DNA from: Eledone cirrhosa
Taxonomy: Eukaryota
Assembly: GCA_964016885.1 (NCBI GenBank)
Contig: OZ024742.1
Span: 81,592,001 to 81,656,000 of the forward strand
Reading direction: 5' to 3'
Length of the DNA stretch: 64,000 bases
The notes under the pieces are model-generated. The model made no database searches and was not told the DNA's origin. It saw only the letters and a list, made by a program, of their open reading frames with translations. The stretch's first letter is position 1. Each line of letters starts with the position of its first letter. Position numbers and translations under genes: made by a program. Positions 41,091 through 53,160 of the stretch are shown in pieces.

Positions 41091-41297
41091 CATTATATCC
41101 ACTAGCAGAAAATCACCCTTCGGGTGGTTTTTTGCTAGCATGTGTGGTGTGTAAACAGATATTATACGCATGTATATATACATGTAGATATACGCAAGTA
41201 TATATATATGTAGATATGATACATCAAATAAAATTTTAATTGACAATATACACAGAAATTGAACGAAGACTCTTATGCAATCAGTAACGTAATCCAT
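41091..41297 (-). pseudogene. Ly6/uPAR-like gene, putative signal-peptide exon 1, interrupted by a 113-bp insertion
   Basis: Removing 41102-41214 gives MDYVTDCIRVFVQFLCILSIKILFDVSYGYN-G|gtatat, a phase-1 donor that joins exon 2 in frame. Confidence 0.6.
41102..41214 (-). mobile_element. 113-bp mini Helitron-like element
   Basis: Inserted at A|T, begins TCTACATATAT, ends with hairpin gctagcaaaaaaccaccc-gaa-gggtgattttctgCTAG. Related partial copy at ~43492-43568(+). Confidence 0.65.
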
Positions 41298-41516
41298 GAT
41301 TAAAACAAGACGATATTATATATAAACTGCATTAGGAGAAAATTAGTGACAAAAAATTAATATGTTTATTTAAACGATCGCCAACGGAAATGTTGACATT
41401 TGAACATTTTAAAGACGTGAATCTTTAAATATATAATAAAACGTATTTAATAAATAATAAAATATATTTAATGAACAGCCATGAAATTTAGTAGATAAAA
41501 CATGTAATATTCGTTA

Positions 41517-42025
41517 TTTGCCTTTCATCCTTACGGGGCCAGTAAAATAAAGTAACAGTAATACACTGGGATAATTGCTGGCCTTGTGCCAAAAGTAGAA
41601 ACAATTATTTATTCAAAGTAACCCAACTTATTTTACTAAAGGGATAACAAATTATAAACCGTACGCAGTCCCGCGCTTCTCCCTTTATTATAGTTTAGAT
41701 GGTTACAGAACGACCCCGTAAGGATGAAAGGCAAAGTTAACCTTGGTGGGATTTGAACTCATATCGTAATGGGCCGTAACTCTATGCTGAAAAGCATGTC
41801 ATCCGACCCTCTACCGATACTGCCAATCCACCACCGTTTTAATAATTGTTTCTACTTTTGGCACAAGGCCAGCAATTATCTCAGTGCATTACTGGTACTT
41901 TATTCTATCGACACCGTAAAGATGAAAGGCAAACTCAACCTCGGTGACATTTGAACTCAAACCGTAAAGGGACGTAACTCTGCTGGAAAGCAGAGCGTTC
42001 GACCCTCTACCGATACTGCCAATTC
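41517..42025. mobile_element. Cluster of tRNA-derived SINE copies (41517-41605 +; ~41712-41835 -; ~41840-42025 -)
   Basis: Match to 30983-31172. Confidence 0.8.
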
Positions 42026-42199
42026 AATATAATATATACAAAGGAAAACAGAAAGAGAAAAAAATACACAAGCACATACAGATACACATATTGGACCACA
42101 TAGAACACACTTCAGGCGAAAGAGTGGAAAAAACGAGGCGCTACCAGGGCAAAAGATAGTAATATAGCGAGGAGCACTGGGAAACGTCTCTAATAATTA

Positions 42200-42641
42200 T
42201 TGAGGCAGGCCAGCACGCTCTCAGCGTTACCTGGGGTGATGGCGACGCTGAGGTGCTGGAACAACCAAGTTCCTTCACAAGCATCACCAGTTTGGCGAGC
42301 CGCCAGTGAAGATAAGTATCTCGCTGTCAGTAGCCCGACTCCCCCAAACGTTCGAACGCCACAGTCTGGATAATATAGTTAGCTGACAGAACACGGTATT
42401 TTAGGATTTGTTCCGTTCAGCTGCGGATACTGTTAGCTCTGACCCTTACCTCTGCATCCAGAATGTGGGGAGAAGCAAAGGAGTCACTGAGTGTGACGCC
42501 CCAGGTAAGGCAACTGCCTCTTGACCAGGAGCACAGAGTAAGACCGTCAAGTCTTTTCCCATCAATTCTGAACATTCCAGATGGTTCCAAAATTGAGGGA
42601 ATATTTGCCCGGGCCAAAGCTCTTAATTGGTAATACGACAT
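42200..42641 (-). mobile_element. 3' fragment of an RLE-type (CRE-like) non-LTR retrotransposon
   Basis: ALARANIPSILEPSGMFRIDGKRLDGLTL (RPDG-like), VAFERLGESG, LFQHLSVAITPGNAESVL. Confidence 0.75.
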
Positions 42642-42690
42642 TGTGTGTATGTGCGCGCGCGTAAATTTGTCGGCGTTCTTAAATTAGAGA

Positions 42691-42726
<36 letters not shown>

Positions 42727-42849
42727 ACTGTTTTTAAGTTAGACATATATATATATGTATGTATCCCTTTCCTCTCTTTTACACACCCATACACTCACAC
42801 AAACACACATACACTGTGCTTGATGGACGAGTGGACAGAAGTCCCTCAA

Positions 42850-43460
42850 ATGTATATACATGTGAATGGAGTTCTACGGAAGCAGTTAGAGAAGTTCAAG
42901 TATTTATGAGTGATGGAATGCAGTAGGCTGAATTAAGTGCAAGAATTGCAAAAGCTGATGCAGTGATGCGCTAGCCTCAGCATTCAGCAATCAGGTGAAG
43001 GCGGGTAGGTATTTCTGCCAACTCTTAACGAGGATCATGAATCTTGTGTAATAGCCAAAAGAATACAATTGCAAATAGAAGTGGCAGAAATGGGATTCCT
43101 CCGAAGGGTCTTAGGAGTAACGTTATTCAATAAAATGCATAGCTCAGAGACCAAAGGGTCACTCCTGGTAGAGCCGCTACTTCTCCAAATTTAGAGATCA
43201 CAAATCCTATATTATGGGCATGTGATTAGAATGTCTCAGTAAAGAATCGCTGGACACATTTTACAGGCAAAACCAACCGGAAAGAGACCCAGAGGTAGAC
43301 TCTGAGCAAGATAGTTTGATAACATCCATGAGTTTGGGTGTGACGCTTTGGGATCCAACTGGATAAGTTACAGATGTTTGCTACTGACAGACTCGCTGGA
43401 AGGAGTGTTTGAGCAGGACTCTGCTCCCACACTCCTCTCAGAAATAAGTGGGTGAAGAAG
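42850..43460 (+). mobile_element. RTE-clade LINE 3' remnant
   Basis: LEKFKYL...AEMGFLRRVLGVTL...YYGHVIRMS...GKRPRGR. Confidence 0.75.
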
Positions 43461-43899
43461 ATATTGTCAATTTACTTTTCAATTTACATATATCTATATG
43501 CATATATATTTGCGTATAATACCAATATGCACACTACATATGCTAGCAGAAAATCGCCCGAATGGTAGTATATATAATATAGAATATTGGAACTTGTATC
43601 ATTCTTTCGAGAAATGTGGGCCCGCTATTTCTATACAATGGCACACGTTTTACAGTAGGGGTATGAGGACACATTTTCTTGGGGTGACTATACTTGGAGG
43701 CAATCAACGGGAAAATGCATTTATTCCCAAGATAACTTGGGAGCTGCCATAAACATTCTCAATACTTCAGTTCCTATTTAGATTATTTTTGCATAAAGAA
43801 AGCTGAGGCTTAGAATTTCAAAGTTGTAGAATTGAATACAAGGGAATCATTTTTTACCCAGTTAAATGGAAAATTATATGTATGTTGTTCACGAATGGG

Positions 43900-45770
43900 A
43901 ACGCCTAGAAATCTTCATATACTATGCATGAACATTAAAACGAAGAAATTGCTGTATCTGGAAAATACATTACTTCTTATTTATGTTTGGTCACACACAC
44001 ACCACGGTGTCACTTCATACTGTAAACCAGACAAACATGCATGATTTCATTGGAGTTGGCCTTTATAGATCCCGGTTCCCCAACGCACTTAATAGTCATC
44101 AAAGTTTACCTCAATACCAGCTAGTGTTTTATACAGCAGTGCCATTCTGATCATATACTAATGATGGGACACTGCAATCTACCCTCTCTCGATTGGACTA
44201 CAAACTGTTTGAAAGCAGGTGCTTGTACCTTCATCACTGAAAAATCAGCAGTAGAGTCATTTCTCTTAATGGATGAGATGTTCCTGTCGCAAAGTGTTCG
44301 TGTTCCAATAGATCAGAAAACATATGTTGCACCTAGTTTCATGTAATAACACAAACAGTGTTGACTGAATGGTACTGTTGTTAAAGCCTTTCTCTCAGAC
44401 AACGACTTAGTTCTCTCTAATCTGAAATTTTCCGAGCCGAAAGCTAAACATTTACCTCTCTCCAACTCACACATTTGATAACAGAGACAATTATAATGCA
44501 TAGTGACATACAATCACCTACGATCTATCATATGGCGACTGTCACATACACACACCTCCACCAACATTAAAACATCTTGACGTATATTTGTAGACACCTT
44601 CACAAACATATGTGCAAAATATAGCCCATCAATTTCTGGGAACAAAACTAACTGCAAATCTCCAAAGCCAGAAACAATAATATCAGAAAACTAAAGTACA
44701 TACAAAACTATCAACGAACTAAAATACTGCCAACAGCAATAGCCACATGTGACTGATACAGCACTGCTTGAATCTACAAAATATGAGAAACAAAAATACA
44801 CGAAGACCATCATCATAACCATAGAACAACGGAGGAGGAATGGGCCAGCTAGAAAATCAAACTCAATCCCAACAATGCCAAAGCAATATTTTAAGATCTC
44901 TTGCTGAGAGCACCAACACTGATTTCAACAAGTCCTTTGACAAGGTGGATAAACAAATCCTATTGAAAAGCCTACCTTACATTGGTGTCTCTGGAAAGTT
45001 ACTACAATGGATCAAGTGTTTCCTGACACATAACTCAAAATGTTGTGATCGAAGGAATACGATAGAGCTCAGGCGTCCCACAAGGCACTGAGCTGTGACC
45101 CCTTAACTTCATTTTTATATCAGTTACATTATCAACATCATCAAGTACAGCATCTTAAGAAACGTTGCATAACATTCCAAGCACCAGGTCATGAATGGAG
45201 TGAGTGGAGAGAGAGACAGCTCGACCTTTCAATCAGCTCTACTTTATTGTATACAATGGGCTTAAGAAACAATGTGCTACTGAACGAAGATAAATTTGAA
45301 TTAATCCACTTTTTGAAAAAAAGAGTGTGCACTTCTTTTCTTCCCTCGTGTGAAACACTCGGGGCATATAGCAACACCACAGACCTGGGAGTACATGTTG
45401 TTAACAACATAGCAACGTTGACATGGCTAGAAGGATGGTCCTGGATACGCGATTCATATTCATATCATTATCTGTCTCTTTTTTACATTTACCTGGCGAG
45501 ACCTTGATTAATGTTGTCCACTGTGCTCTCACCACAAGAAACACGCTATTATGAGAATTGAACCACCTCAAATATCAATCAGAAAACAAGGTAGACGTCA
45601 CGACAGGCCTTGACTATTGGGATCGAATACAAAAGCTCAAATTCTTCTCCCTCCTACGCCAACATGAGCGCTTCATTTTCTGCATCACGCGGAAATGCTT
45701 CCAGGACCATTACTTAAATGTTATTAGTCGATATCAAGGTAAGGCACCTATATACTACTCTTTCTACTGG
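43900..45770 (+). mobile_element. Decayed CR1/L2-group LINE
   Basis: MGHCNLPSLDW (endonuclease), DFNKSFDKVD...GVSGKLLQWIKCFLT, GVPQG, LNEDKFELIH, DLGV, LDYWDRIQKLKFFSL. Confidence 0.75.
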
Positions 45771-47509
45771 AACTTAATATAGGCTCAAACATATCGTTTG
45801 AACGCTTATGTATATGTGCTGATTATCTTTATTTACTTATGGAGCTTGCCATCTAATCGGAATCTGCTGTCTGTAATTTCTGCTTACTTCTGCTGGAAGT
45901 CGCAATGTCGTGCCCTAACCACCATTTAAAATTTATAGCTAAAGTCCTTCAAATGTTTATTCGGAAACATCGAGCAGTTTTCGATATACAATACTTACAT
46001 TCTAAAGTGTAAACAACATTGTTAGGTTGAAACACTTAAGTCTATTTCTTGTTCAAGTCGAGCAAGCCTATAAGATAGGTAGAGACGTATAAGGACCATA
46101 TATGTCACAAACAGCTGTCGGCAATTTCACCTAGGTTTTCCTGGTAATTGGTAGGTGACACCCTCTCACCACCTTTTAAAATCGTTGATAAATGCTTACA
46201 CATGTTTATTCGCAACGATATTGATAGGGAATTGCAAGGTGTAGAAAAGTATCAACTGTCCAAATATTTGGGAGAATTCCTGATGAACTACAAATGTTTC
46301 TCTCTATTGAATTAGAACACAACATCTTGTAATCTACCGTATACACTTGTCTATTGGTACATAACAATATTATGAACGTTCCCTGGGTATTTGTCGCATT
46401 ACAGTAATGTTAAGGAAAACTCACATCTACATTAGTAACTTTCATTCAGGCAATTAATATTATAATATTTTAGATGTTCTAATTTAATTTTACTTCATCA
46501 TTCCCTACGGCAATTATATGTAATGTACCATCATTACACTGATTTTGTTAAAAAACTTTTCACTCGGTATTCTTAGATTTAAACACTGCGTTTTCGCTGT
46601 TGTCGATTCGTCTTCGTCAATATGCCTATTATTTGTTTCTTTCCTTTTCCATCAGATTCATTCTCTGTATTATGAAGAAATCTATTATTTCCTAACTGAA
46701 TCAGACCCATGATGACATTTCAGTTACTATATATTACATCTGGAGCCAAATAGTCTCCATAAACAAGCTATATTAATTGCCATATTATCGTCATTTCTAT
46801 TCAATCATGAGTGGCAATATTATGAATTATCGGATCTATATGTGGACTGTTAAATTAATACACGACCAACCGTAATCATGGAATATTGAACTGATGTAGT
46901 TAACTGTAAATGTAAATACAGATTGAGTTAGAAGCAAAGCGCATCTATCCAATTTGCAGAAATTTTATTCTGAGTCTAAATGTCTTCCTACAATATTTAC
47001 AGAAAATGTTGAAGAGTGTATCCCACTTACAAACATTGATATCAATTGTTTGGCTAAATATTTTTATCAATGATAACTGAAATGAATTCACATGTTCTAT
47101 TGTGCAAGTGTCATGTTTTCTCTTGCGACAGAAAACATGTGTCAGTATTACTGCGTGAACGCAATTAGCTGTAATGTTATCATTTACCTATTTGTATGAA
47201 TGATATACATAGAATACGTAACATATTTTCTACATTTAGCTTCAGAGGTGAATTGATGACAGACAGAAAATATTCCCATGTATACGGCGGTAATTTAATG
47301 TGTTATATTGCTTGATTGAACAAATGTATCTACGATTTCAATTGCTTATTATAGAGGTAATGTGATTGAAACGACTCTCAAGAACACATTTCCCATTACA
47401 TTTAATAATTAGTCAACTTTATATTTACATTAGCAAACGTAGAAACATGTTTTATTTGCTAGCGCATATAATGTTACACTTCTCGGATGAAGAAACAGTG
47501 TCTCTCTCA

Positions 47510-47570
<61 letters not shown>

Positions 47571-47571
<1 letters not shown>

Positions 47572-47839
47572 CTATAAAAGGCAGATTGTTGTTGTTGTGT
47601 GTGTGTGTGCATGTTCCTTGTTTATACATTTGCACATTTTCAAACCGATTCGAGTCAATGTCTGTAAAAATGTTGTAAATTGTCTACCTATAGTCAACGA
47701 CTATTTATTTCCTTCACACTCACCCAGAATTACGGAAATAATCGATAAAACTTAATACATGACGCTTTACCCCTCTAATAGAATCTGATTACGTCTCTCT
47801 ACTCCCCTTAAACTTTAAGAGAGAGAGAGAGAGAGAGAG

Positions 47840-47911
<72 letters not shown>

Positions 47912-48504
47912 TTTGTTTTTGAGTGTGGAACGGTCAAATATTTATTTACTTCAATGACAAAGAAAACTTATTACATTTCATACGAAACAACAATTATTCA
48001 AAAGCGACAGGTAAATTTATTCAACAACAAAAAAAAAATAGCGATACATCTTTTTTAAAACATCTGTCAACGAACGTGGAAGAAAGAAGTATCAGTTCAT
48101 TTACTATACAGAATAATATCCTCTATGTGGTCATTAACCTGCTAGAAACAGCAGCTAACTCTCACCAATATCACACCCCTCCCTACTGTCTTAAATTTAG
48201 AAAACACACATTAGACAACCATGCAGAACAACTCCATCGCAGCTCTGTTGTCCGGCTGGCATCGCCTACACGCGTGTTGTGCAAGTACTGTGAAACAATA
48301 AATTTCAACACTTCTGTGCACAGAGATAATATCCATAGGCGAAACTACAATTGTCACTGCTGGCGCAACGCCTGATTCGGCAGTCTAGGTCTGCAATTCA
48401 TTCACCCAGTGCCTGGCAGACAAAAAAGTGCTACCATAACATGGGTGGTGCAAACTAACTTTGGTAATTTACTGACCTCGAGCAACGCCGGGCTTTGATG
48501 CCAG
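47571..48504 (+). mobile_element. Non-autonomous Helitron, family B
   Basis: TCTATAAAAG start in a TA tract; 3' end ctcgagcaacgccgggctttgatgCCAG|t resembles the family A end; different interior with (GA)n. Confidence 0.7.
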
Positions 48505-48545
48505 TATATATATATATATATATATAAATATTTATAAATATATAT

Positions 48546-48613
<68 letters not shown>

Positions 48614-48617
<4 letters not shown>

Positions 48618-48940
48618 CCTGCTCACAACTCACTCGCGTCGGACGGTCTGTAGTCTCTCACCCATGACATCCACACACCTAAAGCTGATCGGATCCCATG
48701 TGCTTGTTTTTTCCTTTCTTTGCCTTGCTTTCCTTCTATGATTGTTTACTTGTCTCGCTCGCTTTACGCGATTTACTTGTCCCAATAGCTTTATTTAGCT
48801 ATTGCTCGCACCAACTGGAGGTATATGATTTTTAAAGCGATGAAATCCCAATGAAGGTTGGAAAATCACTGATGAAGGACTAATTTGATCATATGTAACC
48901 CATGTGCAACCACGCAGTATTCTTCCCTCTCTTGTTTTTT
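48614..48940 (+). mobile_element. TA-embedded element with truncated hammerhead-like remnant
   Basis: atca CTGATGA aggactaatt tgat at ~48866-48890; the GAAA half is missing. Confidence 0.35.
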
Positions 48941-48986
48941 ATATATGTATATATATATATATATATATGTGCATATGCATATACAT

Positions 48987-49023
<37 letters not shown>

Positions 49024-49026
49024 TTA

Positions 49027-49107
<81 letters not shown>

Positions 49108-49166
49108 TATATATATATATTTATATATATACATACATACATATATATATATATATATTTATATAT

Positions 49167-49214
<48 letters not shown>

Positions 49215-49215
49215 C

Positions 49216-49326
49216 AAAGTATCACCCTGATGGCAAAGCTGAAGCTGTTTCGACAGCTGTTTCTGGACTCAAAGTCCAGAAATAGCCGTCGAAACGGCTT
49301 GAGCTCTGCCGTCGCGGTCATACTTT
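49216..49326. repeat. TA-embedded imperfect hairpin (~54-bp arms, 3-nt loop)
   Basis: aaagtatcacc...ttctggact caa agtccagaa...gtcatacttt; each arm has gtcGAAAc(a/g)gct. Confidence 0.8.
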
Positions 49327-49486
49327 TTCCTATTTCCCACTCTGCTACCCAAAGTATTGAGTAATCTGGTGCGTTATGGTCCATCTGGTTCCTTACCACA
49401 ATTCCTTTGTTATATATATATATATATATCGCTCTCTTTCTCCGTCTCTACCTGTTTCTCCATCTTGCTTCCGCGGCTTGCCTATT

Positions 49487-49519
<33 letters not shown>

Positions 49520-49731
49520 TTAATACATTAACAGAGAAAGCTTTAACCAATACTCCGACCGACCTCCGACTCACTCAACAAGCATTTGTATATACCTTAT
49601 ATACCAGGGTGCTAACTATACGTATTTTGCGGATAGCCGGTTGTATTATTTTATGTGAAACACAATTAAATACATCTCTATTTCCAAATGATCATTTCAT
49701 TATAAGTTTTCTACAAGTTGGGAAAATAAAT

Positions 49732-50700
49732 TCCAGGTTATGTAGAAGCCTACACATAGTCTATAGGAATATATGCAGGTGGGCACTTATAAATCATCAG
49801 TGGATCCCAAAAATATCGATATAAAAAAAAAACCTAACGATATTAAGGTTCAGCGTTGGTACCCGTCAGTGCTAGAATGACCCCCAAATTTGAAATTCCA
49901 GCAGTCTCACAAAGAAAAAATTCACCACGTCATTAAACGGGAAAGAGAGGTCATCGCACAACATAAAAAGATAAAATAATATGCACGCAGTCAATTAATT
50001 ATGTCAGGAATATTAACCATGCGTGAATATATATATATATCTTTTAAATTTCCAATTGAGTTCTTATACACGTGGTTAATAGCTAACAGGCTTAATTGAC
50101 CAGCGTGTATATTGTTTTATTATAAGAGGACCTCCCTTTACCTTTTTGAGGGAAGCGTGTTTTTTTTCTTTGAGAGAACTGCTGGATTTTAATCTGCCAG
50201 TCTCTTCTTAGCGCTGAGCAACACCATCACCATTCTGTTAATGTCGATATAATTATCATATCGTTATTGACTGGGCATCCACTGATGAGTTTATAAGAGC
50301 CCGCTTGTGTATAAAACTATGGATTATATACAATTTTCTACATATATATATGTATATACATATATATTCACGCATATATATATATTCACGCATATATATA
50401 TATTCACGCATGGTTAAAATTCCTGACAGAATTAATTGACCTGCGTACATATTATTTTATCTTTTTATGTTGTGCGCTGACCTCCCTTTCCGGTTTAATG
50501 ACGGTGTGAACTTTCTCTCTGTGAGACTGCCGGAATTTCAAATTTGGCGGTCATTCTAGCACTTTCGGGTACCAACGCTGAACGTTAATATCGGTAGGTT
50601 TTTTTTTTATATCGATATTGTTGGGATCCACTGATGATTTATAAGTCCCCCACCTGCATATATTCCTATGGTCTATGTGTAGGCTTCTACATAACCTGGA
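49732..50700. mobile_element. Inverted plus tandem array of a ~310-330-bp monomer with CTGATGA cores
   Basis: 49732-50040 is inverted against 50394-50700. A diverged third monomer lies at ~50070-50345. atccaCTGATGA occurs at 50282, 50631 and ~49793(-). Confidence 0.75.
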
Positions 50701-50964
50701 CATTATACATATATATATATATAACAAAGTTATATATCAAAGGAATATATTGAGTTAGGAACTCAAAATAGTCTTACAACAAAATAGCTCTAAGACAGAG
50801 ATATTTCCGAGCCGTATATTATAATTGAATATAAAAGAAAAAACGAACGCAGATATATATCTGTGTTCATATATGTATTCAAATCGTAAGGGTCCAGATA
50901 CACTAAGGTGAAGCACATACTAACTATAAACAATTGGGTTCGTTTTTTCTTTTATATACAATTA

Positions 50965-51050
<86 letters not shown>

Positions 51051-51055
<5 letters not shown>

Positions 51056-51148
51056 AAAAGAAATTGAAAATGCAACTGGAGTATTTTTAAAATATCTATT
51101 CATTTGCTTTACCGGTTTCCCAGTTATTATGCTTTTCAAAAGTAAATT
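51051..51148 (-). mobile_element. TA-adjacent element with decayed hammerhead motif; relative at ~61785-61865
   Basis: Minus strand reads atttactt TTGAAAA ... GAAA ccgg TA aagcaaat; the 61.8-kb copy ends at ccggtttcg. Confidence 0.45.
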
Positions 51149-52674
51149 TGAGATGGAGGACTTGTGTTTCTGTTGATACACATTCACATCCACGTAGACA
51201 TATAAACATTGATACAGAAAGACACACATAATGGCACAAATAAAATACGCATATACTCACAAGCCTGTAGGAATATACACACTACACCAAACAGTCAGAT
51301 GCTCAGACATACACACACACGCAGACTGATACACACGCAACACCACAGACGCATTCCTGCACACAGTCTCCTACTGCCAATACACGATAAAACGCATATG
51401 TCGACCTATTGACCATACACAGCACTAGGAACTATATATCCATAATTTCAAAACACATACCCTCTCATACATACAGGCACATAATTAACACAACCGACAC
51501 ACCACACGCACGCATACACATTCGCATACACACACGGACTGAACTAGAAACACAGACATACGCGCACACACGTAAAATTGAAAAACGCGTTCAAAAACTC
51601 TTTCACACAAACAAACGTTCATTGACAATACACACAAAAAACAGATAGGATCTGAAATACACAGAGCATCTAAACGAATTATAATACCACAAGAATACAA
51701 ACAAAACCATTCACAATCTGATTAAATTTGACGTTCAAGAAAACATCGAACTCCTCATTTCATTAAATTTATTTTGAATTCTGCCACGCTAACACATTTA
51801 TTGAGACACAACATCGTCCCTAGCGAGCTACACGCATCTATCACCCCAGCAACAGCATCTCTTCATATAGGTCCACGATTTACCACATAGCTTTCTGAAG
51901 TATGGATGACCAGTACAAAAACGTTTGTCTCATAACTGGGATCTAACCATTCATATCTTCTGAATTACATCAACGGAAATTAGTTAAATGAAGGCTTTGA
52001 ATATCTATTTTCAATTTATGCACATTCAGACACACATACACACAACAAAATCACACTTAGGCAAACACAACACACACTCATAAATGCAGAAGGTCACATA
52101 CTCTTATACACACACATATATCAAATAATTGTTTCTACTTTAGGCACACAGCCAGCAATTACCCAGTGCATCGCTGGTACTATATTTTATCGACCCTGTA
52201 AGGATGAAATAATGACCGAAATAAGTTTACTAAAACACGTTCAAGCTGCTAATGCCCTCATGCACAGACACGCAAAGCACCTATAGATAAACACATATGT
52301 ATATGAACACCCATTATGCTTTTCACAGACACATATATGCATATGACATACGCATGAACCACATACACGCACACGCACACAAACACACGTGTCACACCCA
52401 CACATTTCCATTCACAATAGATAAATGCAGTGACTAACGTTCAATGAGTTGAAACATACATTTTCGTTTTGTGACCAGTATGCGACCAATACGAGTTTGT
52501 GTATGTGTAGGCCTGTGTTTGTCTGTGTTACCATTAACCATATATTTACGTACATGCATACATATATAGATATATAGGTACGCGCATTCATAATTACATA
52601 CGTGCATACATACATACATGCATACATATACGTACTTACATATTTTAATTCCTATCTTTCACACATTATTTACT

Positions 52675-53160
52675 TGGACGCCATGCTTTGACGCATAGAG
52701 TTACGGCCCTTGCCATGCTCAGTTCAAATCCCGCCGAGGTTAACTTTGCCTTTAATCCTTACGGGGCCGATAAAATAAAGTACCAGTAATGCACTGGTAA
52801 TTGCTGGCGTTGTGCCAATTGTAGAAACAATTATTTACAAACATTGTCGATTAGCAGTATCGGTAGAGGGTCGGACGCCATGCTTTGACACATACAGTTA
52901 CTGCCCTTGCCATTCTGAGTTCAAATCCCGCTGAGGTTAACTTTGCATTTCATCCTTACGGGGTCGATAAAATAAAGTACCAGTAATGCACTGGATAATT
53001 ATTGGCCTTGTGCCAAAAGTAGAAACAATTATTTACGTTTTGGGTTCAAATCCCGTCGATGTTGACTTTGCCTTTCATCTTTATGGGGTCGATAAATAAA
53101 GTACCACTAATACACTGGGGTTATAGCTGGCTGTGTCCCAAAGGAAGAAACAATTATTTA
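52675..53160 (+). mobile_element. Three tandem 5'-truncated tRNA-derived SINE copies
   Basis: Three successive ...gttcaaatcccg...gaaacaattattta units; a partial minus copy lies at ~52125-52210. Confidence 0.85.
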
